Positions 1 through 13,591 of a DNA stretch of 64,000 nucleotides are shown piece after piece; positions within the stretch are counted from its first letter, which is position 1; every line of letters begins with the position of its first letter. The stretch lies in contig OX597824.1 in NCBI GenBank assembly GCA_951406725.2, forward strand, positions 18,724,001 to 18,788,000, read 5' to 3'. Made by a program: the position numbers and the translations under genes. Below the pieces are notes generated by a model that saw nothing but the letters and a program-made list of their open reading frames with translations, was not told where the DNA came from and made no database searches. Source of the DNA: Octopus vulgaris. Lineage: Eukaryota.

Positions 1-163
1 AGTCGATTATATCGACCCCAGAGCGTAACTGGTACTTAAATTATCGACCGCCGAGAGGATGAAAGGCAAAGTCGACCTCGGCGGAATTTAAACTCATAAC
101 GTAACGGCAGACGAAATACGGCTTCGCATTTCGCCCGGCGTGCTAACGTTTCTGCCAGCTCGC
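1..163 (-). mobile_element. tRNA-headed SINE family A, cut by window edge
   Basis: Reverse complement reads gcgagctggcagaaacgttagcacgccgggcgaaatg...gttatgagtttaaattccgccgaggtcgactttgcctttcatcc (A-box/B-box-like head plus core); many copies in the window. Confidence 0.85.
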
Positions 164-284
164 ACTGGGATCGATGTAATCGACTTAATCTCTTTATCTG
201 TCCTTGTTTGTCCCTATGTTTAGCCCCTTGTGGGCAGTAAAGAAATATAATATCTTGTATGTATCATTCGTCTTCAATGAGAAG

Positions 285-700
285 CCTCTACGTGCTTCCC
301 CGATTTGCTAGAAATAAGAGACAAGTTTCCTATGAATAACACTGCTCTCTTTAAAAATAAAAGATATTGGGAAATGAAACGTGCGATGAACTAAAGTTAG
401 CACAGATTTGGTTATTGATCTATCTATTCAATCAGACGAGTTGGCTGTGATGGAATAGCCACATTGAAGCATCTTTGACCATTGGTCCATGGGATGGTGA
501 TTTTAAGACGTATTTATTCTGTGTTATGCTGGATGAAAATAGACATACATGGGATATTATCATTTGAAATGTCTTTGATCATTCTTTGAATCAATCACAG
601 GAGGGATGGTCGCATTAGAAACTCTTTGATCAATGATCTGCTCGGTCAGAGCTGACGTAAATGGGATGATTGACCTGTTAGAAATAACAACCAAACCTAT
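285..700 (+). repeat. old dispersed repeat (gctagaaatagcagccaaat-type family), degraded
   Basis: Motif gctagaaata...caa(g/a)t(t/c)tcc recurs near 3189, 38666 and 61853 and inverted near 3540 and 24505. Class not determined. Confidence 0.4.
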
Positions 701-704
701 TGTA

Positions 705-1661
705 AGTGCGTCACTGGTACTTATTTAATCGACCCTGAAAGGATGAAAGGCAAAGTCGACCTCGGCGGAATTTGAACTCAGAACGTAACGGCAGTCGAAA
801 TACTGCTGAGCACTCCGCCCGGCGTGCTAACGTTTCTTATTTCTTTATTGCCTACAAGGGGCTACACACAGAGGGGACAAAGAAGGACAGATAAACGGAC
901 AAACCGCTAAACATTTCACCCGGCGTGCTAACGTTTCTGCCTGCTCGCCGCCTTAAAGACGACAGAACCTTATACCTATTTCTTTACTACCCACAAGGGG
1001 CTAAACACAGAGGAGACAAACATATTAAGTCGATTATATCTACCCCAGTGCGTAACTGGTACTTATTTAATCGACCCGAAAGGATGAAAGGCAAAGTCGA
1101 CCTCAGTGGAATTTGAAGTCAGAACGTAGCGGCAGACGAAATACCTATTTCTTTACTACCCACAAGGGGCTAAACACAGAGAGGACAAACAATGACAGAC
1201 AGACGGATTAAGTCGATTACATCGACCCCAGTGTGTAACTGGTACTTATTTAATCGACCCAGAAAGGATGACAGGCAAAGTCGACCTCAGAGGAATTTGA
1301 ACTCAGAACGTAGCGGCAGACGAAATACCTATTTCTTTACGACCCACAAGGGGCTAAACACAGAGAGGACAAACAAGGACAGGCAAACGGATTAAGTCGA
1401 TTATATCGACCCCAGTGCGTAACTGGTACTTATTTAATCGACCCCGAAAGGATGAAAGGCAAAGTCGACTTCGGCGAAATTTGAGCTCAGAACGTAGCGA
1501 CAGATGAAATACTGCCAAGCACTTCGCTCGGCATGCTAACATTTCTTATTTCTTTACTGCCCACAAGGGGCTTCACACAGAGGGGACAAAGAAGGACAGA
1601 CAAACGGACACACCGCTAAACATTTCGCCCGCTTTGCTAACGTTTCTGCCAGCTCGCCGCC
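705..1661 (-). mobile_element. nested/tandem cluster of SINE A1 copies
   Basis: Repeating ~185-bp units tatttctttactacccacaaggggctaaacacagag...gaactcagaacgtagcggcagacgaaatacc. ccttaaagac(g/a)acagaac(c/a)ttatacc at ~951-976 and ~1660-1685 looks like a target-site duplication. Confidence 0.88.
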
Positions 1662-2570
1662 TTAAAGACAACAGAACATTATACCATGTTGGTAATTGTT
1701 ATTCACGGAACCACGTAAATTATGATACCAAGATTCTGCGTGACTATAAAGATTGTGGATTGTGTTTAGTACTGAAGTAAATTTTAGGATCCAGTATCAA
1801 CCCTATCTAATGGGAAGTTATCCATCTTCTTGTGTGACATTTTCAAAGATGGACCACTAAACGTATTAGGCACTAGAGAGCGAAAATCTTGGAATCGATG
1901 ATAATTCAAGTGAAAATAATTTTTTTTTGTTCTAATTGTTAAATTCTGCCACGCTAGAACAGAAGTGTTAGAGGTGTTAGTTTGTTAGTAACGACTAAGA
2001 AATTTGAGTGGTGGACAGGAAAGTATGCATTAGAACTCAGAGTGGACATTTTCAGCAATCAGATGACTAAAATTGCCGAGTTGTTGGTACAAATGTCAGG
2101 AAATTAGCAACGACTACTGGAACACCATAAATGAAGCGGATGAATAGATCTAGAGATTTAGGGGTGGGCGTTGATGATGAATGATACAGTTAATTATGTA
2201 GGGCGTTAAGCAAGCTCTACGATCACGTAAAACTGAATGTGAAAGGAGAGAAGTAAAATCTAATAGCCATCAAGGTGATCAGTGCGGTTCAAAGAACACG
2301 GCCGTTGGTTTGTACAAATTAGGTTTTTGAACCAGATTCTAATTTAACGAAAAAACCGTTCAAATAAAGTAGTATGATGTGCTTGAAAATACGTACTAAT
2401 GTTAATATAAACGATTGATGGTCGAACAGGTCATCAACTGTACTTGTGACACTAAACTAAAGCTAGTTTTATAGAATTCATTCTACGCTAAAAATAAGTG
2501 CAAAGAATGAGTCACCTAGCTGGAGTCACGTGACATGTTATCACATTTCGGTGGCGTCTGTGATACTCTA

Positions 2571-2988
2571 TTCTCTCTTTCTCTTTTACTTGTTTCAGTC
2601 ATTTGACTGCGGCCATGCTGGAGCACCACCCTTTTTAGTGGAGCAAATCGACCCCCAGGACTTATTCTTTGAATGACTAGTACTTATTCTGTCGGTCTCT
2701 TTTGCCGAACCGCTAAAAGACGGGGACGTAAACACACCAGCATCAGTTGTCAAGCGATGGTTGGGGGGGGGGGGACAAACACAGACACACAAACATACAC
2801 ACATACACACATATATACATATATATGCATATATACGACGGGCTTCTTTCAGTTTCCGTCTACCAAATCCACTCTCAAGGCTTTGGTCGGCCCGAGGCTA
2901 TAGTAGAAGACACTTGCACAAGGTGCCACGCAGTGGGACTGAACCCGGAACCATGTGGTTGGTAAGCAAGCTACTTAATACACAGCCA
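2571..2988 (-). mobile_element. tRNA-headed SINE family B with internal (TA)n/(TG)n tract
   Basis: Reverse-complement head ggctgtg...taagtagcttgcttaccaaccacatggttccgggttcagtcccactgcgtggcacc; tail gtcaaatgactgaaacaagtaaaagag. About 15 full or partial copies in the window. Confidence 0.88.
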
Positions 2989-3649
2989 ATTTATTCTTTG
3001 TTGTTCTACTGTAGGAAACATAACTTTCACGTCACCAGTTTAACTTCGTTAAAAATTGATATCAGCTTACCTGGGAAAGAAAACCCTCAGCAGATTACAT
3101 ATCAATCCCAGATGGCAGGGGATCAGAATTGGTTGTCGCTTTCCTTGGTTAATGCCAAAGTAACTGGTATCGGATCCACGAGGAAGCCGCTAGAAATATC
3201 AGCCGGATTCCTTCAAGTTATACCATGCCGTCTGAAAATAAAGTGGCGGGAGCGGTTCATTGGATAATGTATTTAACTATATAAAAATAAATGTGGGTTA
3301 TGATGGAGTAGTCATGCCTGGTACACTTCGGGTTAATCAGGGAGGATCTGGTTTGGGTTTGTACAATTTCCGCCAGTCTATGGTCAAGCAAGCGCTTCAC
3401 CAAATAAGTTCCTTCACTATTCCCCTTTGTTGTTTATTTTTTGTTGTTTTTATTTTAAGAAGCAGTATATGTAAGGTTCCATTCTCCAAAGTATTCTTCT
3501 CTTCCTAAGAGGACGGCTTCTGATTTCAAGGGGATTTGGCTGCTATTTCTGGAAGGTCTAAGGGCAGCATAGGAGTTATCTCTATTTAAATTTGTCCTCA
3601 ATTCTCGGTGTTAAATTTATACGCCTTATATTTTCTATTCAATGGATGG

Positions 3650-4450
3650 ATCTCCATCGATTTCGACGACGGGTATTTAGTTGTTCAATCAACTAAATTA
3701 CCTGCCCAGTGAATTAGCGTGTATGCTGCTGAGTATTTCACGCACACACATGTACCTATTTCTTTACTACCCACAAGTTGCTAAACACAGAGGGGTCTAA
3801 CAAGGACAGAAAAACGGATTGAGTCGATTACATCGACTCTAGTGCGTAACTGGTACTTAATTTATCGAACCGAAAGGATGACAGGCAAAGTTGACCTCGG
3901 AGGAATTTGAACTCAGAATGTAGCGGCAGACGAAATACCTATTTCTTTACTACACACAAGGGGCTAAACACAGAGAGGACAAACAAGGACAGACAAACGG
4001 ATTAAGTCGATTTTATCGAACCCAGTGCATTACTGGTACTTAATTTATCGACCGCGAAAGGATGAATGGCAAAGTCGACCTCGGCGGAATTTGAACTCAG
4101 AACGTAGCGGCAGACGAAATACCTATTTCTTTACTACCCACAAGGGGCTAAACACAGAGGGGACAAACAAGGTCAGACAAACGAGTTGAGTCGATTACAT
4201 CGACCCCCAGTGCGTAACTGGTACTTAATTTATCGACCGCGAAAGGATGAAAGGCAAAGTCGACCTCGGCGGAATTTGAACTCAGAACGTAACGACAGAC
4301 GAAATACGGCTACGCATTTCGCCCGGCGTGCTAACGCTTCTGCCAGCTCGCCGCCTTTCCCGCTCGTACCCTTAATGTAATTCTTAAGCAGCATCAGAGT
4401 GACATAATGACATAATGACACAAGGATGAACTTTTTTTTAAATTACGGCT
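3650..4450 (-). mobile_element. degraded SINE C copy interrupted by a triple SINE A1 array (3757-4355)
   Basis: Flanks 3650-3756 and 4365-4450 resemble the reverse complement of the 4796-5121 element. gtacc is duplicated at both junctions. Three A1 units inside. Confidence 0.7.
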
Positions 4451-4795
4451 ACAATCCATCTGACATCAATGTAATTTCCATCTACTTATTTCCGCACACA
4501 TGGTATAGACTTAGCCGGAGGATATATATATATATATATATACAACATTTGGCCAAGATACCATTCAGCGAGATTGAAAAATACCTTATAATCCTGAAGC
4601 GAAATTTTCAAACATTCGGTGTATGCGCCGTCTGTTCGGTTTGAATAGACATAAATATATGATTGTGTTAACATGATTACCTTTCCCAAAAATAAAATTT
4701 AAAAATAAGAAGCGTTTCTTTTAGGAAACGAATTTTAATGACAATATCAGATTTACTGCTATTTACAGCCGCCTTTTATGTATACATGTCCATTT

Positions 4796-5121
4796 GGAAG
4801 GCGTGTGGCTTAGTGGTTAGGGCATTCGGCTCACGATTGTAAGGTCGTGAGTTCGATTCCAAGCGACGCGTTGTGTCCTTGAGCAAGACACTTTATTTCA
4901 TGTTGCTCCAGTTCACTCAGTTGGCAAAAGTAAGTAGTACCTGTATTTCAAAGGGTCAGCCTTGTCACACACTGTGTCACGCTGAATCTCCCTGAGAACT
5001 ACGTTATGGGTACATGTGTCTGTGGAGTGCTCAGCCACTTGCACGTTAATTTCACGAGCAGGCTGTTCTGTTGATTCGGATCAGCTGGGACCCTCGTCGT
5101 CGTAACCGACGGAGTGCTCCT
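4796..5121 (+). mobile_element. full-length tRNA-headed SINE family C
   Basis: Head gtggcttagtggttagggcattcggc...gagttcgattcc; core gtgtccttgagcaagacact; perfect 15-bp TSD tatacatgtccattt at 4781-4795 and 5122-5136. Confidence 0.92.
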
Positions 5122-5385
5122 TATACATGTCCATTTATTGCTTGTTTTCAAATAGGGGCCTACTCTTCATATAATAAGACTGCATGGCTCTGAAGCACAT
5201 TGCAAAACTACATGGTTTGGGGCACCTTCGACGATCGCCTCCCACCGAACAAAGGTTTTTGGGTGAACTTCAAGGGACACGAAATAAGTGAAACTCATCG
5301 GTACAGTGGGAGTTCGTTGCTGTTCTTGGATGGCAGATTTAATCAACTGTCTGATTTAACATCAACAGACTCTCGGTAGTAATTA

Positions 5386-5601
5386 GCGGCGAGCTGGCAG
5401 AAACGTTAGCATGCCGGGCGAAATGCTTAGCGGTATTTCGTCTGCCGTTACGTTCTGAGTTCAAATTCCGCCGAGGTCGACTTTGCCTTTCATCCTTTCG
5501 GGGTTGATTAAATAAGTACCAGTTACGCACTGGGGTCGATATAATCGACTTAATCCGTTTGTCCCGTCTGTGTTTAGCCCCTTGTGTGTACTAAAGAAAT
5601 A
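5386..5601 (+). mobile_element. solo SINE A1
   Basis: gcggcgagctggcagaaacgttagc...ttagccccttgtgtgtactaaagaaata, with ggtagt on both sides. Confidence 0.88.
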
Positions 5602-5847
5602 GGTAGTTTTTAACAGTGAAGACCTTTATTACGTACATTGGGGCTGCTATCAACCCGCTGTGCCATATAAACATTAAAATGAGGAATTTCGTCTTTAATA
5701 AAGAAATCCTAAGATATTTCAAAATAGGTTATTTCCAGGTTGGTAAAATAAATTTTAACGAAAAAACAAACGTCAGATAATCGGTGCTGTTAGATAACTA
5801 GGGTAACTTCAAACAAAAAATAGAATAAGGTTTGTAAATGGACTTTA

Positions 5848-6116
5848 TGGAGGGACGTGGTTTAGCGGTTAGGGTGTCAGCATCATGATCGTAAGATTGT
5901 GGTTTCGATTCCTGGACCAGGCGACGCGTTGTGTTCTTGACCAAAACACTTCATTTCACGTTGCTCCAGTCGACTTAGCTGGCCAAAATGAGTAACGCTG
6001 CGATGGACTGGCGTCCCGTCCAGCTGAGGAACACATACGCCATAGAAACCGGGAAACCGGGCCCATGAGCCTGGCTAGGCTTTAAAAGGGTACATTTATT
6101 TATTTATTTATTTATG
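5848..6116 (+). mobile_element. SINE with family-C head/core, V-domain-like body and (ATTT)n tail
   Basis: Head and core align to 4796-4935, then ctgcgatggactggcgtcccgtccag...agaaaccgg, which resembles the V-SINE central domain (recalled, not searched). Confidence 0.7.
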
Positions 6117-6233
6117 GAAATGAACTTCAGTGAACCGAAACTGGAGTCCGCCAGGATGAGGGTTCCTTACTGTTCTTAGAGAATAGTTTAAAACTATTGT
6201 CTGTTCTACCTTTACCACTGCCATCAAACTCAA

Positions 6234-6611
6234 GTGGAGGCGCAATGGCCCAATGGTTAGGGCAGCGGACTCGCGGTCGGAGGATCACGGTTTCGATTCC
6301 CAGACTGGGCATTGTGTGTGTTTATTGAACAAAAACACCTAAAGCTCCACGAGGCTCCGGCAGAGCGGGGTGGCGACCCCTGTTGTACTCTTTCGCAACA
6401 ACTTTCTCTCACTCTTTCTTCCTGTTTCTTGTCCCCGACTTCCTACGCAACCGCTGAGCCTGGATGCGCATTCATCCATCCGTCGATGCTCTCGGTGTCG
6501 GGGGTTGACCTGCTTTCTCTTCTGCGGGTCCTACGAATAGCAAAGGACCACGTTTCGGACTTCTCCCAAGAGGAAGAAGACCGCTTCGCTCAACAGCAAC
6601 AGCAATAGCAA
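6234..6611 (+). mobile_element. tRNA-headed SINE family D with (CAA/CAG)n tail
   Basis: Head ggcgcaatggcccaatggttagggcagcggactcgcggtc...ggtttcgattccc; TSD-like ccatc(a/t)aactca at 6221-6232 and 6612-6623. Confidence 0.85.
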
Positions 6612-6999
6612 CCATCTAACTCACAGTAGCCTTTAGCAGAGAACACTTTATTATTATCATACGTGTTGCTACCTTTCTGCTTCTGAGCCATTTACATACT
6701 AAAAATAGGGACTTCGTCCTAAATATAGAAATCCTTAGATACTTTCACTGAGGCAAAGGAAATTTTAAAGGAATTATAAATGTCAAGTATTCGACGGTGA
6801 TTGATAACCTGAGCGACCTCCAAAAGAACATTGTAAAACTGGTGGCTCTTCGCATTGAGGTATTGGCGAAGAAAGGAAAGAAGGTATGCAACTGGATGGC
6901 AGGGAGGAGAATCGGATTCCATTGCTCAGCCAGGTAATATTCTGACAAATATGATAAATACTTAGCATTTATTATGCAGTGCAGTTAATTATAGGACTC

Positions 7000-8360
<1,361 letters not shown>

Positions 8361-8366
8361 ATGGGT

Positions 8367-8729
8367 AAGGACGTCACCAACTGTGTAAACAACATGAAAT
8401 ACGAAAACAAACGACTTAAATACACAAACAACGATAAATGGAAAACAGGACAAATAACACAGAGGACAACCCTTCATCAGTTATCTGCTGTCTACTCCTC
8501 ATTTCGAAAATTCAACGACAATATGAGTCTTCGAACGCAGTTGGTCCCATAAATTCCTAAGTAAAATTTTGGATTTCTGGAGGGTCAAAGTTGGGAACAA
8601 AAACAGGACAGTGGCAACTTACAAAGAAACCGAACGAAAACAAACATGGAGGGTCGTTAGACCGGAACGAGGGTATTTAACTCATATATTTTCGAACTTC
8701 ACATTGTTTACACAGTTGGTGACGTCCTG
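8367..8729. mobile_element. ~360-bp element with 25-bp terminal inverted repeats (MITE-like)
   Basis: aggacgtcaccaactgtgtaaacaa (8367-8391) is the reverse complement of ttgtttacacagttggtgacgtcct (8704-8728). Right end is CTG|TA. Related ends near 46875, 57291 and inverted near 56630. Confidence 0.6.
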
Positions 8730-8744
8730 TACTCTGTGTGCGTC

Positions 8745-8997
8745 TGTGTGTGTGTGTGTGTGTGTGTGTATGTTTGTGTGTGTGCGTTTGTGTGTCTGTG
8801 TTTGTTCTCCCAGCATCGCTTGACAACCGATGCTTATGTGTTTACGTCCCCGTAACTTAGCGGTTCGGCAAAAGAGACTGATAGAATAAGTACTGGGCTT
8901 ACAAAGAATAAGTCCCGGGGTCGATTTGCTCGACTAAAGGCGGTGCTCCAGTCTGGCCGCTGTCAAATGACTGAAACAAGTAAAAGAGAGTAAAAGA
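8745..8997 (+). mobile_element. SINE B, 3' half
   Basis: catcgcttgacaaccgatgc...gtcaaatgactgaaacaagtaaaagagag. Confidence 0.85.
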
Positions 8998-9006
8998 TAT
9001 ATATAT

Positions 9007-9402
9007 TCTTTTACTCTTTTACTTGTTTCAGTCATTTGACTGCGGCCATGCTGGAGCACCGCCTTTAGTCAAGCAAATCGACCCCGCGACTTATTCTTTG
9101 TAAGCCCAGTACTTATTCTATCGGTCTCTTTTGCCGAACCACTAAGTGACGGGGACGTAAGCACACCAGCATTGGTTGTCAGGCAATGCTAGGGGGACAA
9201 ACACAGACACACAAACACACACACATACATATATATATACGACAGGCTTCTTTCTGTTTCCGTCTACCAAATCCACTCACAAGGCATTGGTCGGCCCGAG
9301 GCTATAGCAGAATATACCTGCCCAAGATGCTACGTAGTGGGACTAAACCCGGAACCATGTGGTTGATCAGCAAGCTACTTACCACACAGCCACTCCTACG
9401 TC
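9007..9402 (-). mobile_element. SINE B, full length
   Basis: Matches family B; lies tail-to-tail with 8745-8997. Confidence 0.88.
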
Positions 9403-9413
9403 TATATATATAT

Positions 9414-9457
<44 letters not shown>

Positions 9458-10178
9458 TATGTTATTATTATTATTATTGTATATATATATGCTAGATATA
9501 TGCAAACATATTTGTATATATTTACATATATATTCCCATGCACACATATATTTATGTATGTATGCATGTAGAACAGACGAAAAAGAAAGCGAGTGAGAGA
9601 GAGGCAGACAAGGGGTATATTTCATTAAAAAACAGGCAATAAGCTATATTCGACAGAAAAATACAACATAACACAATTAGCTTTGTTATTCTTCTTGATG
9701 TTTCACTTACAACAATAAATATTAAGAGATCTGCATTAAAAAAAATAAAACACAATGCCGTATTATGACTGTTAGACATTATTAGTTATTGATCATCGTA
9801 CGTTCTGCGATTAAAAATGATTTAAAATTTTTGCAAATAATTTCTGTTTTCGTTTTTTCCCCAAATTTTATGGCCTGCAAATATTTATATAAATTTATAT
9901 CTCTCGCTCTTTCCCTTATCTGAGACTTTTTCTCTTTCTCTCTACTTACTTGCATTCTCTAGTCTTTGATAAATTTGTCTGCCATATTATTTTTTGCGTT
10001 TTGTTTCTTGTATCTATTTTGTGTGTGTGTGTGTGTGTATGTGTGTGTGTATTTATGAACTGATTTCATGCACCATTCAAATGTATACATCATTATACGA
10101 GTTGATTAAACGGATCTCGATACCCAGATGGTACTTAATTCATCGACTCCAAAAGGATGAAACGCAAAATATGTATGC

Positions 10179-10288
<110 letters not shown>

Positions 10289-10430
10289 TACATATATATA
10301 TATAAGTACTAATTATCTTTTTTTAATAATTTTGATATATATTTAAAATAATATAAATTAATTAATCTTATGTATTGGCTTAAGTTTTTCATTGTTTGAT
10401 TTGCCTAATAGTGGTTTTATCTCTAATTTA

Positions 10431-10487
<57 letters not shown>

Positions 10488-10499
10488 TCTCTGCTGGAA

Positions 10500-10704
10500 A
10501 TGCAAGGCCTCAAATTTGGTGTAGGGGTGGACCAATCGATTGCATCGACTCCAGTGTTTCACTGGTAATTGATTTATCGACGCCGAAAGGATGAAAGGCA
10601 AAGTCGACCTCGGCGGAATTTGAGCTCAGAACGTTACGACGGGCGAAATACCGCTAAGCATTGTTCATTGTTGCCCGGCGTGCTAACGACTCTGTCAGCT
10701 CGCA
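10500..10704 (-). mobile_element. SINE A, older A2-type tail
   Basis: A head/core, with tail aaatttgaggccttgca on the minus strand. Confidence 0.75.
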
Positions 10705-10783
10705 GACTTACACACACACACATATATATACACACACACATATATATACACACACACATATATATACACACACACATATATAT

Positions 10784-10857
<74 letters not shown>

Positions 10858-11110
10858 GGTCATACATACATACAGCATGTGAATGTTGAGTTAAAGAAAA
10901 CTCAGCTCTCGGGTGGAAAATATCGATGGATGCCCCTGGGTCTCGAACCTACATTTTCTCTAAATACTACAGACCTTCCATTTTAGAAGCTTCCCACTTA
11001 TCAACGAGAATTGTACGCTGTTTATGCCAAAAGCATTTAGAAACTTAGAGAGAACGTGAAATAATTTTCATTTAACGGTGGAACGTGAAATAGGTGAAGC
11101 TATGATTATA

Positions 11111-11775
11111 GCAGAATCGTTAGCACGCAAGGTGAGATGCTTAGCAGCATTTCATACGTCTTTCTGTTCTGATTTCAAATGCCACCGAGATCCACTTTGT
11201 CCTTCATGCTTTCTGAGTCGATAAAATAAATACCTATTTATTTTCTACCAACAAGGGGCTAAACACTGAGAGGACAAACAAGGACAGACAAGCGTATTAA
11301 GTCGATTATATTGAACCCAGTGCGTAACTGGTACTTATTTAATCGACCCCGAAAGGATGAAAGGCAAAGTCGACCTCGGCGGAATTTGAACTCAGAACGT
11401 AGCGGCATGCGAAATACCGCAAAGCATTTCGCCTGGCGTGCTAACGTTTCTCCCAGCTCGTCGCCTTGATAAAGTAAATACCAGTTGTGTATTGAGGTCC
11501 TTGTAATCGACTTACTGTCCCTGTGCGAAAATTTGAAACCAATGCTACGTATCTCGTAAATGTAGCGAGCTGTTAGAATCGTTAGCACACCAGATATAAT
11601 GTTTAAGATGCATCTCTTCCGGCTTGATATTCTGAGCTTAAATTCCGCTGAGGTCGACTTTGCCTTTCATCTTTTCGGGGTCGAAAAAATAAGTACCTGT
11701 TGAGTACTGAGGTCGATGTAATCAACTTATACCTTCCCTCTAAATTGCCGGCCTTGTGCCAAAATTTGTAACCAA
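11111..11775. mobile_element. plus-strand SINE A2 split by a minus-strand A1 (11235-11467), followed by another A2
   Basis: gataaa(a/g)taaatacc is duplicated at ~11220-11235 and ~11468-11482 around the inverted A1. Confidence 0.8.
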
Positions 11776-12089
11776 TATTAGTGTGTAAATATTGGGTTTA
11801 AAAAAAGGGAAAAAGGACCACTAGAAAAAATGTTGAAGGCTGAAACTTAGGAGTCAAAATCACTTTTTCTGTTAGGATGTCAATCGTTCTATTATTGTAG
11901 CAAAGCAATCCTTGAAATTTCTCCCTTCATTTAAGAAGTTTTGTATTACCAGCAAGAACTGTATGCTGTCTAAGCGATAAGAAGTTATAAACTTCCACAG
12001 AACGTGAAATAAATTGCTTTTAACGGTGGAACAGCACCTGAATAAACTATCCAGAGGATTTTTTAAAACTTAATATTTACATGCTAACT

Positions 12090-12875
12090 TTAGCACGACG
12101 GGAGAAATGTTTAACGGTATTTCGTCTGTCTTTACGTTCTGAGTTCAAATTCTACCGAGGTCGACTTTGCCTTTCATCCATTCGGGGTCGATAAATTAAG
12201 GACCAGTTACGACTGGGGTCGATATAATCGACTTAATCCGTTTGTCAGTCCTTGTTTGTTCCTTCTGTGTTTATCCCCTTGTGGGTAGTAAAGAAATGGG
12301 TATTTCGTCTGTCGTTATGTTTTGATTCAAATTCCGCCGAGGTTGACTTTGCCTTTCATCCTTTCGGGGTCAATGAAATAAATACTAGTTGAACACTGGG
12401 ATAGACTTAATCGATTTAACTCCACCCCTGAAATTGCTGGCTTTGAGCTAAAATTTTGAAACCATAGAGTTAGAAAGGCGGCGAGCTGGCAGAAACGTTA
12501 GCACGCCGGGCGAAATGCGTAGCCGTATTTCGTCTGCCGTTACGTTCTGAGTTCAAATTCCGCCGAGGTTGACTTTGCCTTTGATTCTTTCGGGGTCGAT
12601 TTAATAAGTACCAGTTACGCACTGGGGTCGATGTAATCGACTTAATCCGTTTGTCTGTCCTTGTTTGTCCTCTCTGTATTTAGCCCCTTGTAGGTAGTAA
12701 AGAAACAGGTATTTCGTCTGTCTTTACGTTATGAGTTTAAAATCCGCCGAGGTCGACTTTGCCTTTCATCCTCTCGGCGGTCGATAATTTAAGTACCAGT
12801 TGCGTACTGGGGTCGATCTAATCGACTGGCCCCTCCCCAAAAATTTTGGGTTTCGTGCCTAGAGTAAGTAAGAAT
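12090..12875 (+). mobile_element. two A1+A2 composite SINEs
   Basis: Each has head, A1 tail, junction aagaaa(tg/ca)ggtatttcgtctg, then an A2 remainder and tail. Confidence 0.85.
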
Positions 12876-13279
12876 ATACATATAGGGCGGTGTGTTTCGA
12901 GAAAAAAGTTTTTTTGTCTGCATATTCCTTAAAGTCACAGGCTACCACCCATATCGCAAATTTCGCTTGTGTATCCTAAAACTCAGTATTTCTTATTTCG
13001 TAAACACGACCACCACGCGTAGCATGCACTCACAACACAAACCAGATGCACCCGTACCGAGAACTTGGCATATAGCAGCTTGGCATTTAAGTGAATCGTT
13101 CTCGTTTTCAGGGAGAAGCAAAAGGGAAGCAACGAAAGACAATGAAGACTGAATGGAAAGCTTAAATGAAAGAAAAAAAAAAATTAGGTTGTACGAAGGC
13201 TTAAAACTGAAACAATGCAGAAAATATTGTAAACAAGGAAAATCTCGGCCTGGCGATATCATGTTGCTGCTACTGCTGT

Positions 13280-13559
13280 TTTCTTCTTCGACTTCTCTTC
13301 CTTCTCCTCCTCATCCTCCTTCTTCTTCTTCTTCATTCAATCTTTTTCATTCTTCTTCATCATTATTCTCCTTCATTTTTCTTCATCGTTTCATTCTTCT
13401 TCTTCTTCTTCTTCTTCCTCTTCTCCTCCTCCTCCTCCTTCGTCTTCTCCTCCCCTCCTCCTCCTCCTTCTTCTTCATTCAATCTTTTTCATTCTTCTTC
13501 ATCATCATTCTCCGTTTTTCTTCATCGTTTCATTCTTCTTCGTCTTCTTCTTCTTCTTC

Positions 13560-13591
<32 letters not shown>

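Noticed and set aside
1850-2300. Possible very old Tc1-like remnant
   Set aside because: No recoverable transposase motif or matching second TIR.
4796-4865. tRNA genes at SINE heads (also 6236, 14040-14112, 52680)
   Set aside because: Acceptor stems are incomplete and each continues into a SINE body.
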